DNA of 60,818 bases from a virus. Taxonomy: Duplodnaviria; Caudoviricetes. Of this stretch, positions 49,701 to 58,635 are shown piece by piece. The position numbers were made by a program, and so were the translations under genes. The stretch lies in the IMG/VR virus record IMGVR_UViG_3300032292_001138, positions 1-60,818 of that record; one strand, 5' to 3'. The notes under the pieces are model-generated. The model ran no database searches. It saw nothing but the letters and a program-made list of their open reading frames with translations, and was not told the DNA's origin. The first letter of the stretch is position 1; every line of letters starts with the position of its first letter.

Positions 49701-52700
49701 CAAAAGTCAAGCTGATGAAATGTCACGGCTTAACCAAGAGGTGGATCGGTTAAAACTGGAAGTTAAAGCCTCTCAAATTGAATCCACCATTTCTGATGCA
49801 GAGATGGAAAACGTCAAAGAGATTCACAAAGCCGTTAATCCTGAGATAGTTCAATCCGCTTCTAGGGAAGCAAGCATAGGGGCTGAGGCAGCATTATTAA
49901 GGGCGAAAAATTCATCAGATCGGGTTTTCGATGTGATGGACGAGATGGAAAAGGATGCCGCCAAGCCCATGCAAACGCCGTTAGAGAGGGCTGTCGAGAA
50001 AGGCAGAAAAGCGCTTTTAGGGGATTTTGCTTATCCATCCGCACCAGGGGAAGATACTGCGGAACGGATTATCAAGAAAACAGATGCTGGTGATAGAGGT
50101 GGGCTAATTGGAAGATTGGCGGAAGCGACACGGGAAAACCTCGAAAAAGCCGCCCCACATATTGAAAAGTTTAAAAACAGGTTCAGCTCTGCTTTTGAAT
50201 TTGTTAAATCCCAAGCCGCCACTTTCTTGGTTCAGTTCGCCACAGGCATGGGGCTGATCATGGCGGCGCAACAGCTTGGCAACCTCCAAAGAGAATTATT
50301 CAACACATCCGCACGGTTTGAGCAATTCACCCGCGTCATTGTCACCAATAGCAAAGATGCCGCCTCTGGAATCGAAAACCTTAAATTTATTCGTTCTGAA
50401 GTTAGCCGATTAGGGCTTGATTTAGAGAGCGCAACTTCTCAATATGCTTCTATGTTAGGAGCGTTTAAGGGAACTACCCTAGAAGGCGGTGCGGCTAACA
50501 ATATCTTTTCAGCGGTAGCCCAGGCGGGTGCGGTACAAGGCTTAGACCCACAGGCTCAGCAAAGAGCGTTTACCGCTATCACCCAGATGGCAAGTAAGCA
50601 AAAGGTATCCGCAGAAGAATTGAGAGGGCAATTAGGAGAATCTCTCCCAATGGCAATGGGAACTTTTGCCCGTTCCCAGGGGGTAAGCACTGCCCAACTC
50701 GATAAAATGCTCCAAAATGGAGAGTTAGGCTTAGACGCGATCACGAAATTCGCGGCACAGCTAAAAGCGGAAACCAGCGGCGGGGTCGCGGGTGCAGCGG
50801 ATACGGCGGCAGGCGCGATGAATCGCTTTAATAACGCGGTTACAGAAGCGAAGCTTAAATTAAATGAGCCGTTATTCAGCGCTCAAAAAGCTGGTCTAAA
50901 TATTGCGGCGGGTGCGATCAACGCATTCTCTGGATTACTTCCAGTTCTCATTGGGCTTCTGAAAGGCGCGACCTTCGCGGTGGGCGCGTTAGCGGTAATG
51001 GCGGGTAGTCGCTTAGTTTCCGCGCTAGTCGCTGCTGCTGTGCAATTCGGAATTAGCGGCATCGCGGCTAAGGTGTTCAGTGTCGCAATGACCGATATTG
51101 GGAAAGCGGTTTTGCGGGTCACGGCTCAGGTGGCATTAGGGTCGGCGGCTTTTGAGGTTTGGTCAAGTGTTTATAAAAATAATTTTACGAACTTTGCCGA
51201 AGACCTTAAGAAAACCGTTGATTCCGCTGTCAGTGATTTGACACGATTACAGAATAAGGTTTACGAAACCAATCAGGCTAAATTAGTTTCTTCTCAGGGG
51301 TTGCGTGGTGCTTACGATGAATCCAAAGGAGACTGGGTTGGCAAGCTGCTAGAACAGCCTAGGCAAGCTAATGAGTTTTTGCAAAGCAAATTACCTCAGA
51401 ATGAAATTGTGAAGGCGATCGCCACACCGTTTACAGCATTCTTAGGACTGACTGCATTCCCATTAATACCCAAAGGACGCGATCCTTTAGCTGATAAACA
51501 GCGGCAAGATGTCATTGACCAGAGTTACCGAGCTAGGGAATTGGCGGAGGCATTTTTGTTAATGCAAAGCCAATTAAATCAGCCAGAAAAACCTATAAGG
51601 ATTGAACTGCCTAAAGAGCTTGGCTTTTTGCAGCAGAACGCGCCAAAGAAAGGATACAAAGAGGTTCTAGAGTCTGTAGATTATGGCACTTATGTATTAA
51701 AGGAAACCGTCCGCAAGCCTGTTGACAGACCAACATTCAACCCCCAAATTGCTAAAACGATAGAAACGGCTTACGACGCAATTTATAAACAGCTATCTCC
51801 AAATGGAGAACCAGTCGTTTTAAATCAATTGCAATCAAGAAAGCCTAACGTTGCGAATCTCACCAAAGAGATCGACGCGATGAATATCTCTATCGAGTTG
51901 ATGCAGGCAAAACGGAATAACCTGACCTCAGCCGAAAGAGAACAGATTGACGCTTTGGATAAACAGATCGCTGCCACAATGGAAGAGAAGCGAATCAAAG
52001 AAGAAACCATTGCTGATACCGTTACCCTCTATAACAACCTGATCGCCGCCACCAAAAAGGCTAATGCTGACCTACTCCCATATATCAACGAAAACACGGA
52101 AACAGGTAACCGCGCCCGAACTGCTTACCAGCAAAACATCAAAGTTATTGCACAGCTTCAAACCGAATTAGACCGCACTAATAAAACCATCCGTGAAACC
52201 CCTGGACTATTCGCCAAATTGAAAGAGACATTTAACCTGATGTCTCAATCCATGCAACAGCTTAATTATGCCTTAGAGCGTAATATTCAGTTGCAAGAGA
52301 TGCAGCTTAGTCAGGCAGAATTAGAGCGCACTGGCAACGCACCCGCTGGTTCCGCTGGGGGGTATTTGGGAACTGGCAATGAGCCATTGGCTAAGAGTGG
52401 CATGGTTTCCGGTGGTATTCCCTTGGGTAAGTACGATGAAAATCTGGCTAATATTAGGGGTGAAGGATTTGGGGTGCAACGTCCTACCCATATCCATTCT
52501 GGAATTGATTACGCAATCAAGGAAGGCGCTCCATTGTCTATTACCAGAAATGGAGTCGTTACCTTTGTAGGTGAGAGGGGCGGCTATGGCAATGTTGTAG
52601 AAGTTGAAGTAGAAAAAGGTGTAGTGCTTTTCTTTGCCCATTTACGGGATATGTTGGTCAAGAAAGGCGATCAATTAGTGGCGGGTCAAGCCCTGGGAAC

Positions 52701-55665
52701 CGTTGGCAGCACAGGCAACTCAACAGGTCCTCATTTGCACCTTGAACTCTATGTTAACGATCAAAAAGTTGATCCTGATTCCAGGGCGGATCTAAGAGAC
52801 GCTATCAGAGTCGGTGGCACAATAGGAGCCGCCCCAACCGTCAAACCCTCAGCGAGTTTAGCGCAAACGCGGGGCGCGGGTGCATCGCTATTACGCCAAG
52901 TCGGGCCCGTCGCACAACTCACGATCCCGCCAACCGAATTAGCGCAACTCGCGGCGCTAGCGGTTGCCGAAGCGCCTTCGCGTCAAGGTCGCGTTGATGT
53001 CGCACAAACCGTGTTCAATCGCATTAACGCGACTAGGGCGGGTTTGTTCCCATTTGGGCAGAATATTACAGAAACCGCTTTTCAGGATAAGCAGTTTGCC
53101 CCATATTTTGGAATCGATCCTAAGACAATTAGAGACCGTCAAACCGCAATTGATTTTCTGGTCAGTCAGCGCAAAATCCCTCGAAAAGATGCAGAGGCGG
53201 CTTATGAGCAATTCATCAAGGATTTAAATAATCCTGAAATGAGAGAAAACTCTAGGCAGTTTTTGAGGGGCAGAATCTCATTTAAGGGTGTAGAAGAAAT
53301 TGCGAATCGGGTGGCAACAGGAAAGGGACCCGCTGATTACGATACCTACGATCCACAGAGAGCCTCAAACGAAAACTACTTCCATATTGTAAGAGAGGAA
53401 AATCAAACCCCTGAGGCTCTAACCAAAATCTTTCAGATGCCTACGCCTTATGCTGTTAGGGCGCAGGCTCCTAATCGCACCCCAGCGCAATTTACGGCTG
53501 AGCAAACCCGTCAATTGCAGTCACAGCAGGCAGAGCTAGCGCTTCGAGAGGCGGCACTTCGTCAGGCTCAGGGTGAATTGGCGACGGCGTTGGGACGGCT
53601 TAATAGCAATCCCGCTGCATTGCAATTATTGCGTAGTAATACTGTTGCTAATCGAGGGCTTGAACAGTTGCGAAGTGCTGACAGCAAAAAACCTGTTACT
53701 GCCACCGAACTCGCTGGGGTAGATCCTAAGGTCTTGAGAGAGTTCGCTTCTCAGGCGGGTTCTACCAGCCCACAACTTGTTAATGTTTTAAATGCCGCTG
53801 CTGAGGCAAGTCAGGCTCAAGCAACCATTGAACAGTCTACTAAGCGGATTCTTGATTTACAGACAAGTATTAATACTCAGCGGCAAAATATTAATAATGC
53901 CAACCAACAGGCTATTAGGGATGGAGCGGCGCAAGTTGACTCGATCCAAAGAGCAAATGCAGAATATGTGAAACAGCAGGAAATCTTAGCCAAAATCGCA
54001 AAACTCAGAGACCAGCGGCTTGCACAGATTTCTCAATTTGAACAGACCAGAGATACTATTACTCAGCAACAGGCGATCCGGCAATTTGACCTGAGACAGG
54101 CAGCGGCTCCAAGCTTGCAAAATCCCGAATTGACCGCTATCGAGAAAGAACGGAACAGCCAAGTGGCAACCTATCGCACAGAATTGGCAAATCTCTACAG
54201 GGAACTGGTCACAGCACGGCGCGAAATTGCAGCGGAATTGGCAGAATATACTGAAGCCAAGCGCAAAATTGAGGCTGATTTTAATAACAAAGAGGCGGAT
54301 CTAAGGAACAAAATCAGGGCTACAGAAGAGGATCTACGACTTGCTACCAGTGCTAGCGATGCAAATAAAATCGTCACACTAAGAACTCAATTGACCGCAC
54401 AGCAGGCGGAATTAAAAGCGGCACAGGATACCCGCACGGCTGATTTACAGCGGCTTCAGGCAACCAGTCCCATAGCATTTGGGGCAAACGGACAGCCCGT
54501 TAGAATCAATGAAATCCAATCACGAATTAATGAAACAAGGCAGCGACAAGAGGATGAAGCTAAGCTATTAAAATCCCGTGAAACAGCGGTGAGACAGCAA
54601 GAGCGGCAAAGAGAACTTAAGGCAACTCAAGAGGTGACCTCATCGAGGGGCGAACTGATCGAATTGCAAGCGGCTCGATTGGAGAAGCAGGGCGGTATTT
54701 TTAACGCCGCTTCGTTCCGTCGTGAGGCTGGTAGAGCCAAGATTATCGCTGATACCAATGTTCAGTTAGAGCGCTATAACTTCTTACTGTCTGGAACGCC
54801 CGCCGCTATGCAAGCATTGGCACAAGAGGGTAAGACGGTGGCGCAAATCCAAACCCTGAGGGAAATCTTACTCAAGACTCAAGAGATTAAATTAGACAAT
54901 TTGCGGAAAGAGTTTAAGGATTTAGGGGAAACCGTTTTAGAGGTTGCTGATAAATCCTTTGGAACCTTGGTTGATGATATTTTCACGGGAACGAAATCCA
55001 TTGGTGATGCCTTTGCCGATCTCGCTAAATCCATCCTGAAAAGCTGGGCACAGATAGCGGCACAAGGTTTCTTTACAGATCTAAAGCAATTGCTGGGATT
55101 GGGCGGGTCTACTAACAACGGCTTCGGGTCCATGCTAGGCAGTCAGCAGCCGTCATTAATGGGTGCGGGCATCAGTGGATTTGGCTTTAACCTAGGCAGC
55201 CTCTTTGGTCAATCCCCCGTCAGTCCCATGACCGCCCCCGCTATTAATTTTGGTTCTATGTTCCAACCTCAGGCACAGCCATCTATGGTGTCTAGCATTG
55301 CCGATCTAGGGGTTAAGTCAGGGTTTAGCCTTGCTGGTCTATTTGGATTTTCTGAAGGTGGCTACACCGGCGACGGCGCGAAGCACGAAGTCGCGGGTAT
55401 CGTGCATCGCGGTGAGTACGTCGTACCAGCGGATCGCGTGACGCGCCTAGGCTTAGGGCTGCTGTCCGATCTCACCGCGTCTACGCCAATCGCGGTTGCC
55501 CCGCGTGATTACGCGACCGCCGCTGATAGTCGCGAGGGTCGCGCTACGGTGGTTAACGTGAGCAATAGCTACAATATCCCTAATAGCGATACGCTTCGCA
55601 AATCGTCGCAACAAATCGCGTTAGAGCAAGCTGAGGCAACTAGACGGGCTGATCGGTTTAGGTAA
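43771..55665 (+). CDS. Giant tape measure protein (3964 aa) with metallopeptidase, M23 and SleB-like domains
   Basis: QMASKQKVSAEELRGQLGE tape-measure domain; HELNH; HSGID...HLH; C-terminal FSEGGYTGDG...GIVHRGEYV. Confidence 0.92.
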   Translation: MADRQLNVKFSVSGVPEAIGAINQAAETYEAAMKSTETAAQTATAAQEASAAKRMQAAQQAVASLTDIQRSYKSLGLKSDSQIAEEKRKAVQAYEAIKASGVASAEEIGRAYDALERKLERLSRTTAKPRTVAITADNAGVAGSAGQNIVVRTEAAKRGAGECDPCKSLDKLNASLVSAIRHQESTLNATLKSINSENQKLAKDLGSSIDRLPTGIRGGLFENLLKGIGNIAIAPIKLALSGAFFGVGEQLSKDLSIGLSKSIEIAAGRSIGSMDLLGQALGTKISESVTAAIRASIPDPAKVSDKLQEFVGKESAVAASAQRRGAVRQQGEAERRGGTEQLVYEYRQQFAQQEKDNIEKQQLIERAVQRKKDLGASVAAQKEFEANAEVVKTYAEYRKTVTTAQEGLEKGTQLTDATEIATQLKAKKRAEYAPFQERIKAERAKIASGTLTDDEKQASLNEIQSLKEFIGLTAGDTPKQFKAVAGWDRESKKQKEDIAEQIESNRLRIASLKPKVDPDRGTGLYSKAERKKFGEEVLRLEAENEKLKQFQPSQNIFTPEQVAEASKYNYEQLLKQAEQSRPTLEPAAQKRLIPKEQALEVVQGDRRKESAKMSRQISKLQFQRQKLEQEIKNVDLPEVTASEEDKNKYKQIRSEAIAKLDEKIAQVDQKRSTLQELIATSSADLITEDQQIEASFTFYQRKAIAEQRKQTQAEQQDIEESQKFEEIKARSEGFARTKQEIKLLLPKPMEFAESPEKLTENIKATSAALSDASQRRETAKESYQVASSDLQSLERYATLRKKTPDNQEDVQDLQGQIQKQRQSIQGKLLSPQEAVSQLKRDLLVASENVKAKGRKAQASGDTEKAQEFVKQYGAYQQSIRTLSPETITEEQILSASISRAKATKSQAIDQFAVADKDKQKALADAQRLQAQAENEAKYPKVYREMVGQVVELANKERTARGLAPIAPKMSDMPKLTADQARGLGGSYSPAENTIALHPSVIKEITGAQKPEDLLGVISNVVGHELNHWLQVEAGDVGAIARDLQGELSSKHQYIMPTEEQLSSPITPSKSQTIKEGIEASTSPHNFVAAARMKVKEADAYLFGQKFEQYVQRNNEAAQPQPTPARIPLSLPKLPEFELVVAQGAKPAKQAESAKAELAPPAIVTAMENAKAAEGAKAADLAAVEEVAKPVQKLQKDVSASGVLKAREFVQKQQAKFQSLIEQGDRDAAIALGKRELGRLQTVNDEMKRIRDQTADPKTKGVITDYMSDIGKAKAAFEKKVPALEKGGQALEMGRAAVATGRKDIDAVYNIAANTGSIKSLIELRDAYKKIVQDISKDPIASKTKEAKDITATLNKLKEAVNKDIASIAKELNVTLKTAVSDPKEALAIVLEKTKSESKKVAAKILTDSAAATGNVLAQIGDAVVHGVKSLGQSALQGASGALPAVKGGYKALEAVEDVALSVLPGGKQAKAILPAVAGMTAAHHLPGVSQIVDHVISQLTHLGGGLSGIGAEHITAAITAQIQQMLPSFMAGPVIQGIQSHLPQVLTGAGTAAAGGLANLAAGQAIAGTAQAAIKGTAAGAGKLLEGAAQGGVKALPAAQTQALPPSSKPLKSANEPDDLSELGTMHAVIPSPMELLESTYTDKTLGQRLEPIKQAVKNAIEFVQSETPHQAVAKVARLAASAPVDQAFEMVMPAAVGIAGGFPAAFDAAHPAVTLGQQAVSMLDSTGDMATDNSNTKITNMAIEAKKRIVNPALIQFATHLESVDERNRANPEGSTSLHTAIDPEFVKGQLSGAMANVSGAVQNAASAVLPTIDNISEQIGELVQQMLEPILKGHQTLQDMLSQVQAISGTENTDLLAEEYAKAVKAVYFDPLQSGNIENEQAIGNLLPSQELKPIPATEAGIPGSEMYAFLDPLSGMSDELANFITKVTIALEKMGVDPSKIQGLTKSKFAVESEETEQALQGLYSEAGIKPPSAKSQADEMSRLNQEVDRLKLEVKASQIESTISDAEMENVKEIHKAVNPEIVQSASREASIGAEAALLRAKNSSDRVFDVMDEMEKDAAKPMQTPLERAVEKGRKALLGDFAYPSAPGEDTAERIIKKTDAGDRGGLIGRLAEATRENLEKAAPHIEKFKNRFSSAFEFVKSQAATFLVQFATGMGLIMAAQQLGNLQRELFNTSARFEQFTRVIVTNSKDAASGIENLKFIRSEVSRLGLDLESATSQYASMLGAFKGTTLEGGAANNIFSAVAQAGAVQGLDPQAQQRAFTAITQMASKQKVSAEELRGQLGESLPMAMGTFARSQGVSTAQLDKMLQNGELGLDAITKFAAQLKAETSGGVAGAADTAAGAMNRFNNAVTEAKLKLNEPLFSAQKAGLNIAAGAINAFSGLLPVLIGLLKGATFAVGALAVMAGSRLVSALVAAAVQFGISGIAAKVFSVAMTDIGKAVLRVTAQVALGSAAFEVWSSVYKNNFTNFAEDLKKTVDSAVSDLTRLQNKVYETNQAKLVSSQGLRGAYDESKGDWVGKLLEQPRQANEFLQSKLPQNEIVKAIATPFTAFLGLTAFPLIPKGRDPLADKQRQDVIDQSYRARELAEAFLLMQSQLNQPEKPIRIELPKELGFLQQNAPKKGYKEVLESVDYGTYVLKETVRKPVDRPTFNPQIAKTIETAYDAIYKQLSPNGEPVVLNQLQSRKPNVANLTKEIDAMNISIELMQAKRNNLTSAEREQIDALDKQIAATMEEKRIKEETIADTVTLYNNLIAATKKANADLLPYINENTETGNRARTAYQQNIKVIAQLQTELDRTNKTIRETPGLFAKLKETFNLMSQSMQQLNYALERNIQLQEMQLSQAELERTGNAPAGSAGGYLGTGNEPLAKSGMVSGGIPLGKYDENLANIRGEGFGVQRPTHIHSGIDYAIKEGAPLSITRNGVVTFVGERGGYGNVVEVEVEKGVVLFFAHLRDMLVKKGDQLVAGQALGTVGSTGNSTGPHLHLELYVNDQKVDPDSRADLRDAIRVGGTIGAAPTVKPSASLAQTRGAGASLLRQVGPVAQLTIPPTELAQLAALAVAEAPSRQGRVDVAQTVFNRINATRAGLFPFGQNITETAFQDKQFAPYFGIDPKTIRDRQTAIDFLVSQRKIPRKDAEAAYEQFIKDLNNPEMRENSRQFLRGRISFKGVEEIANRVATGKGPADYDTYDPQRASNENYFHIVREENQTPEALTKIFQMPTPYAVRAQAPNRTPAQFTAEQTRQLQSQQAELALREAALRQAQGELATALGRLNSNPAALQLLRSNTVANRGLEQLRSADSKKPVTATELAGVDPKVLREFASQAGSTSPQLVNVLNAAAEASQAQATIEQSTKRILDLQTSINTQRQNINNANQQAIRDGAAQVDSIQRANAEYVKQQEILAKIAKLRDQRLAQISQFEQTRDTITQQQAIRQFDLRQAAAPSLQNPELTAIEKERNSQVATYRTELANLYRELVTARREIAAELAEYTEAKRKIEADFNNKEADLRNKIRATEEDLRLATSASDANKIVTLRTQLTAQQAELKAAQDTRTADLQRLQATSPIAFGANGQPVRINEIQSRINETRQRQEDEAKLLKSRETAVRQQERQRELKATQEVTSSRGELIELQAARLEKQGGIFNAASFRREAGRAKIIADTNVQLERYNFLLSGTPAAMQALAQEGKTVAQIQTLREILLKTQEIKLDNLRKEFKDLGETVLEVADKSFGTLVDDIFTGTKSIGDAFADLAKSILKSWAQIAAQGFFTDLKQLLGLGGSTNNGFGSMLGSQQPSLMGAGISGFGFNLGSLFGQSPVSPMTAPAINFGSMFQPQAQPSMVSSIADLGVKSGFSLAGLFGFSEGGYTGDGAKHEVAGIVHRGEYVVPADRVTRLGLGLLSDLTASTPIAVAPRDYATAADSREGRATVVNVSNSYNIPNSDTLRKSSQQIALEQAEATRRADRFR

Positions 55666-55670
55666 TCAGC

Positions 55671-55708
55671 AAAACGCCCGTTACCTTTGATGGTTTGACG
55701 GGCGTTTT
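55671..55708. terminator. Bidirectional terminator
   Basis: AAAACGCCCGT...ACGGGCGTTTT; related copy at 56010-56046. Confidence 0.7.
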
Positions 55709-55728
55709 ATCGTTTGCTGTTTGCTGGA

Positions 55729-55929
55729 CTAAATTAGTGTAATTACCTCATTAACCGTGTTGTCGTCAGCTTGGATTCTGTTTAACAATTCCATCTGCCA
55801 CTGTAAAAATGCCTTCATGATTTCTTGTGAAGTCCACTGCTGAAGCGGCTTGATAGCCTCTAGGTCGCTTCTGTGTGCGATCACAAATTCGTTGATCCGA
55901 TTTAAATACTCAATTTGGTCTGCGTTCAT
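55729..55929 (-). CDS. hypothetical protein
   Basis: ORF with own promoter TTGACA-18-TAATAT. Confidence 0.6.
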   Translation of the reverse strand: MNADQIEYLNRINEFVIAHRSDLEAIKPLQQWTSQEIMKAFLQWQMELLNRIQADDNTVNEVITLI

Positions 55930-56080
55930 GGCTTTGCTTAACTCGATGCCTTATATTAGTATTGCGTTTTAGGTTTTGTCAACAATTAAATCGAATTGTT
56001 TTAAACAGCAAAACACCCGCTACCTTTGAAAGTGTAACGGGTGTTAGAGGTATTGGCTTGAGGCGTTACAGCAACATCAC

Positions 56081-56959
56081 TTACAAATCTTCAGACATGT
56101 CTGCATGATCCTTGTCATCTCTGACCTCGATAAACACTGGCAAAAACAGTGATTCCCTGAAATCCGCTCCATTTGCCATCACTGAGTTATATCGGACTGT
56201 AACAATTTTGCCAATCAAATCTTGGCTAAATAAATCGATTCGCTCTTGACTCGAAAAACCTACGCCCACAGACACCCGCACTTTACCGTCGGCGGATTCA
56301 CAGGTCAACGCCCCTAGCTGCCCCTCGAATTTCCCAGAACCGCCAACCACCTTGACCACCTTTAGATCTGCCTCAAGCTCCGCTTTAAGCTTAGCCTGAT
56401 GTTGCACTTTCTTGGCTTCCCAGAAACCGTTAGGGGCTTTAACTACCACCCCTTCCAGTCCACACGCTAGCCTTTGGTGGTACACATCCAACACTTCACG
56501 GGCGTTGTTGCACCATTGGCAGTCAACCAGTTTGACGTTTTCAGACCCTTCGATCAAATTCGTCAAGGTGTCCCAGCGTTCGCTGTACTCTAACGGGCTG
56601 TAGCCATCGACAAAATGCTCATAGGGGATTGCATCCCACAAAACCGCTTGCACATCATCCGCTATTGCGCCCTTCAAGGCTTTCCGCAAAATGCCATTAC
56701 CAATCTGTCTTGGCAGTACTGCACCATCTTTAAGTACTAATAACTCGCCGTCAAGGACCCAATCCCCTGAGATGTTTTGAAAGTGCTGATCCAACTGAGG
56801 CAAATTCAGCTTTTTCCCTGTACGGGAATAATAGCCCTCAACCGCCCCACCCGTTATATGAACATTGACCCGCATCCCGTCACACTTGGTTTGCGCCATA
56901 GCGGGGTAAAAAATTCTTGCAGGGAATGATGAGCTACAGGTCATTACTGGATAAGTCAT
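56081..56959 (-). CDS. lig: ATP-dependent DNA ligase
   Basis: KCDGMR, LDGEL, WD, EGVVVK, KLK, LFLPVFIEVRDDK. Confidence 0.92.
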   Translation of the reverse strand: MTYPVMTCSSSFPARIFYPAMAQTKCDGMRVNVHITGGAVEGYYSRTGKKLNLPQLDQHFQNISGDWVLDGELLVLKDGAVLPRQIGNGILRKALKGAIADDVQAVLWDAIPYEHFVDGYSPLEYSERWDTLTNLIEGSENVKLVDCQWCNNAREVLDVYHQRLACGLEGVVVKAPNGFWEAKKVQHQAKLKAELEADLKVVKVVGGSGKFEGQLGALTCESADGKVRVSVGVGFSSQERIDLFSQDLIGKIVTVRYNSVMANGADFRESLFLPVFIEVRDDKDHADMSEDL

Positions 56960-57108
56960 AGGTTTGTGGGTTTTGCTGTTCTAATTTAATAGGCATATTC
57001 CCATGATTTAATTGATTTCGTCAATAACCAAACCAATATATTTTATTGTTGACAAAACCTAAAATAATTACTGTACAATAGCCACGTATATTAAGCTAAG
57101 GTGCAGAC

Positions 57109-57303
57109 ATGGCAAGAGGCGGCATTCGGGAGAACAGCGGTCGGCGCAAAATGGACGCGACCCTCAAAAAGCGTAGCGTACCCGTCGCGCTACGCCCTGA
57201 CACGATAGCGCGATTAGACCGCGCCGCTGCGGAATCGCGGGTTAGCAGATCCGAGATTGTCGAGCGGTTGGTGCAAGAGCACTTAGGAGGGGATAGCCTA
57301 TAA
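57109..57303 (+). CDS. CopG/RHH-family regulator
   Basis: RGG.RENSGR, VALRPDTIARLD...SRSEIVERLV. Confidence 0.78.
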   Translation: MARGGIRENSGRRKMDATLKKRSVPVALRPDTIARLDRAAAESRVSRSEIVERLVQEHLGGDSL

Positions 57304-57388
57304 AAATATTTTTTGGCAAAGTACTTGACGCGATGACCGTCTATCCACTAATATTGATTTATTGAAATTGAATTAAGCGAGCAAGCAA
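57303..57388 (+). promoter_or_regulatory. Repeated early promoter cassette, copy 1
   Basis: TTGACG-CGATGACCGTCTATCCAC-TAATAT...GAATTAAGCGA. Confidence 0.78.
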
Positions 57389-57880
57389 ATGAAAACAGTT
57401 GAAGTCAAGGAAATCGTAAAGCAAGTGAGAAAGGATCTTAAGGCATCCTACCCCAGCGTTAAATTCACGGTAAAGCATGACTGCAATTCCATTAAGATCG
57501 TGTACATGGACGGGGTTCAACAGCCCCTCATTCAGGCGATTGTCAAGAAATATCGTGGCTACCGCGATCTTGCTGATACCTATGGCGATTATGCTGATGA
57601 CGTTGAACCTGTATCAATCGTATTTCAAGGTGAGCGGGTTGAAAGCCGTTTAAAAAATGTTGATGTAACCCGATTGTTTTCACCTCAGTATTTAACCGAC
57701 GTGCTTCAGTACGTCAAAGAAAATCATGGCGATAGCGCTGGGGCTAATGCCGTTGTGTCTTTGTCTGATTGGGCGGAAAACGCCCTCTTTGATGGCGATT
57801 TCGACAGTCAAGCCTACTGTTTAAACATCGCCAAAAACTGCTCTAGCTTAGGACCTATTAAGGGGCAATGCAAACAATAA
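57389..57880 (+). CDS. LPD29-like domain protein
   Basis: VRKDLKASYPSVKFTVK...IKIVYMDG. Confidence 0.6.
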   Translation: MKTVEVKEIVKQVRKDLKASYPSVKFTVKHDCNSIKIVYMDGVQQPLIQAIVKKYRGYRDLADTYGDYADDVEPVSIVFQGERVESRLKNVDVTRLFSPQYLTDVLQYVKENHGDSAGANAVVSLSDWAENALFDGDFDSQAYCLNIAKNCSSLGPIKGQCKQ

Positions 57881-57898
57881 TCTGATTTATTCACCTAT

Positions 57899-58023
57899 AA
57901 AAACGCCCTCATTTTTAGGGGCGTTTTTTTGTTTTAAAAATATTTTGTACAAAGTACTTGACGCGGTGACCGTCTATCCATTAATATTGATTTATCGAAT
58001 TAAGCAAATAGCGGGTCAAGAAA
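57899..58023 (+). promoter_or_regulatory. Terminator plus repeated promoter cassette, copy 2
   Basis: CGCCC..GGGGCGTTTTTT then TTGACG-CGGTGACCGTCTATCCAT-TAATAT. Confidence 0.78.
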
Positions 58024-58461
58024 ATGTACACACTTCAAATTCAGTCGGTAAATTGCGTAAACAATGAATCTTTTGCTACCCCTGAAGAGGTGCGGAAAAG
58101 AGTTTTAGAGGTTGGACAAAGGGCTGTAATTGGTTACAGTAAAAACATTGAAGATGGCTGGATTCTTAATCCTTGGGACTACAGCCTGACATCACAGCCT
58201 GAGGCAAAACCCAGAAAGGAGGTCGATCACAAAGCAATGAAGGTAATGCAATTCATCAAAGTGGACGGGATCGTTTATGATGTGTTGCTGTATGAAACAG
58301 TGGCTGAAATCTCCCAGCAGTATCCAAACACTGGAAAACACCTGAAGCAAAACGGTATTGCAGGACGTTTTTTAATCCGTAGACCAAAAGGTAAAAACTT
58401 GTACCGTGTAAGCCTTAGCGAAAAAGGGAATTTGTTAAAAGTTGTACGTGCTGACGGATAA
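58024..58461 (+). CDS. hypothetical early protein
   Basis: ORF after promoter cassette. Confidence 0.65.
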   Translation: MYTLQIQSVNCVNNESFATPEEVRKRVLEVGQRAVIGYSKNIEDGWILNPWDYSLTSQPEAKPRKEVDHKAMKVMQFIKVDGIVYDVLLYETVAEISQQYPNTGKHLKQNGIAGRFLIRRPKGKNLYRVSLSEKGNLLKVVRADG

Positions 58462-58466
58462 TCGAC

Positions 58467-58622
58467 ATGGACTCTAACACCAAATACGAAAAATCAGACA
58501 AAGGACGCGCCCGTAAGCGTAAATGGGCGCAAAGCATGACCGCTGAGCAACGCGAGAAACAGCGGATCGCAAAACGCGATTATATGCGACGTAAGCGATC
58601 CGAGGATAAAGAGGGGCGGTGA
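58467..58622 (+). CDS. small highly basic protein (51 aa; not in ORF track)
   Basis: MDSNTKYEKSDKGRARKRKWAQSMTAEQREKQRIAKRDYMRRKRSEDKEGR. Confidence 0.6.
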   Translation: MDSNTKYEKSDKGRARKRKWAQSMTAEQREKQRIAKRDYMRRKRSEDKEGR

Positions 58623-58635
58623 TCGCCTTTGACTT

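Noticed and set aside
44364-55133. Many minus-strand ORFs within the tape measure gene
   Set aside because: Antisense shadows of a long real gene
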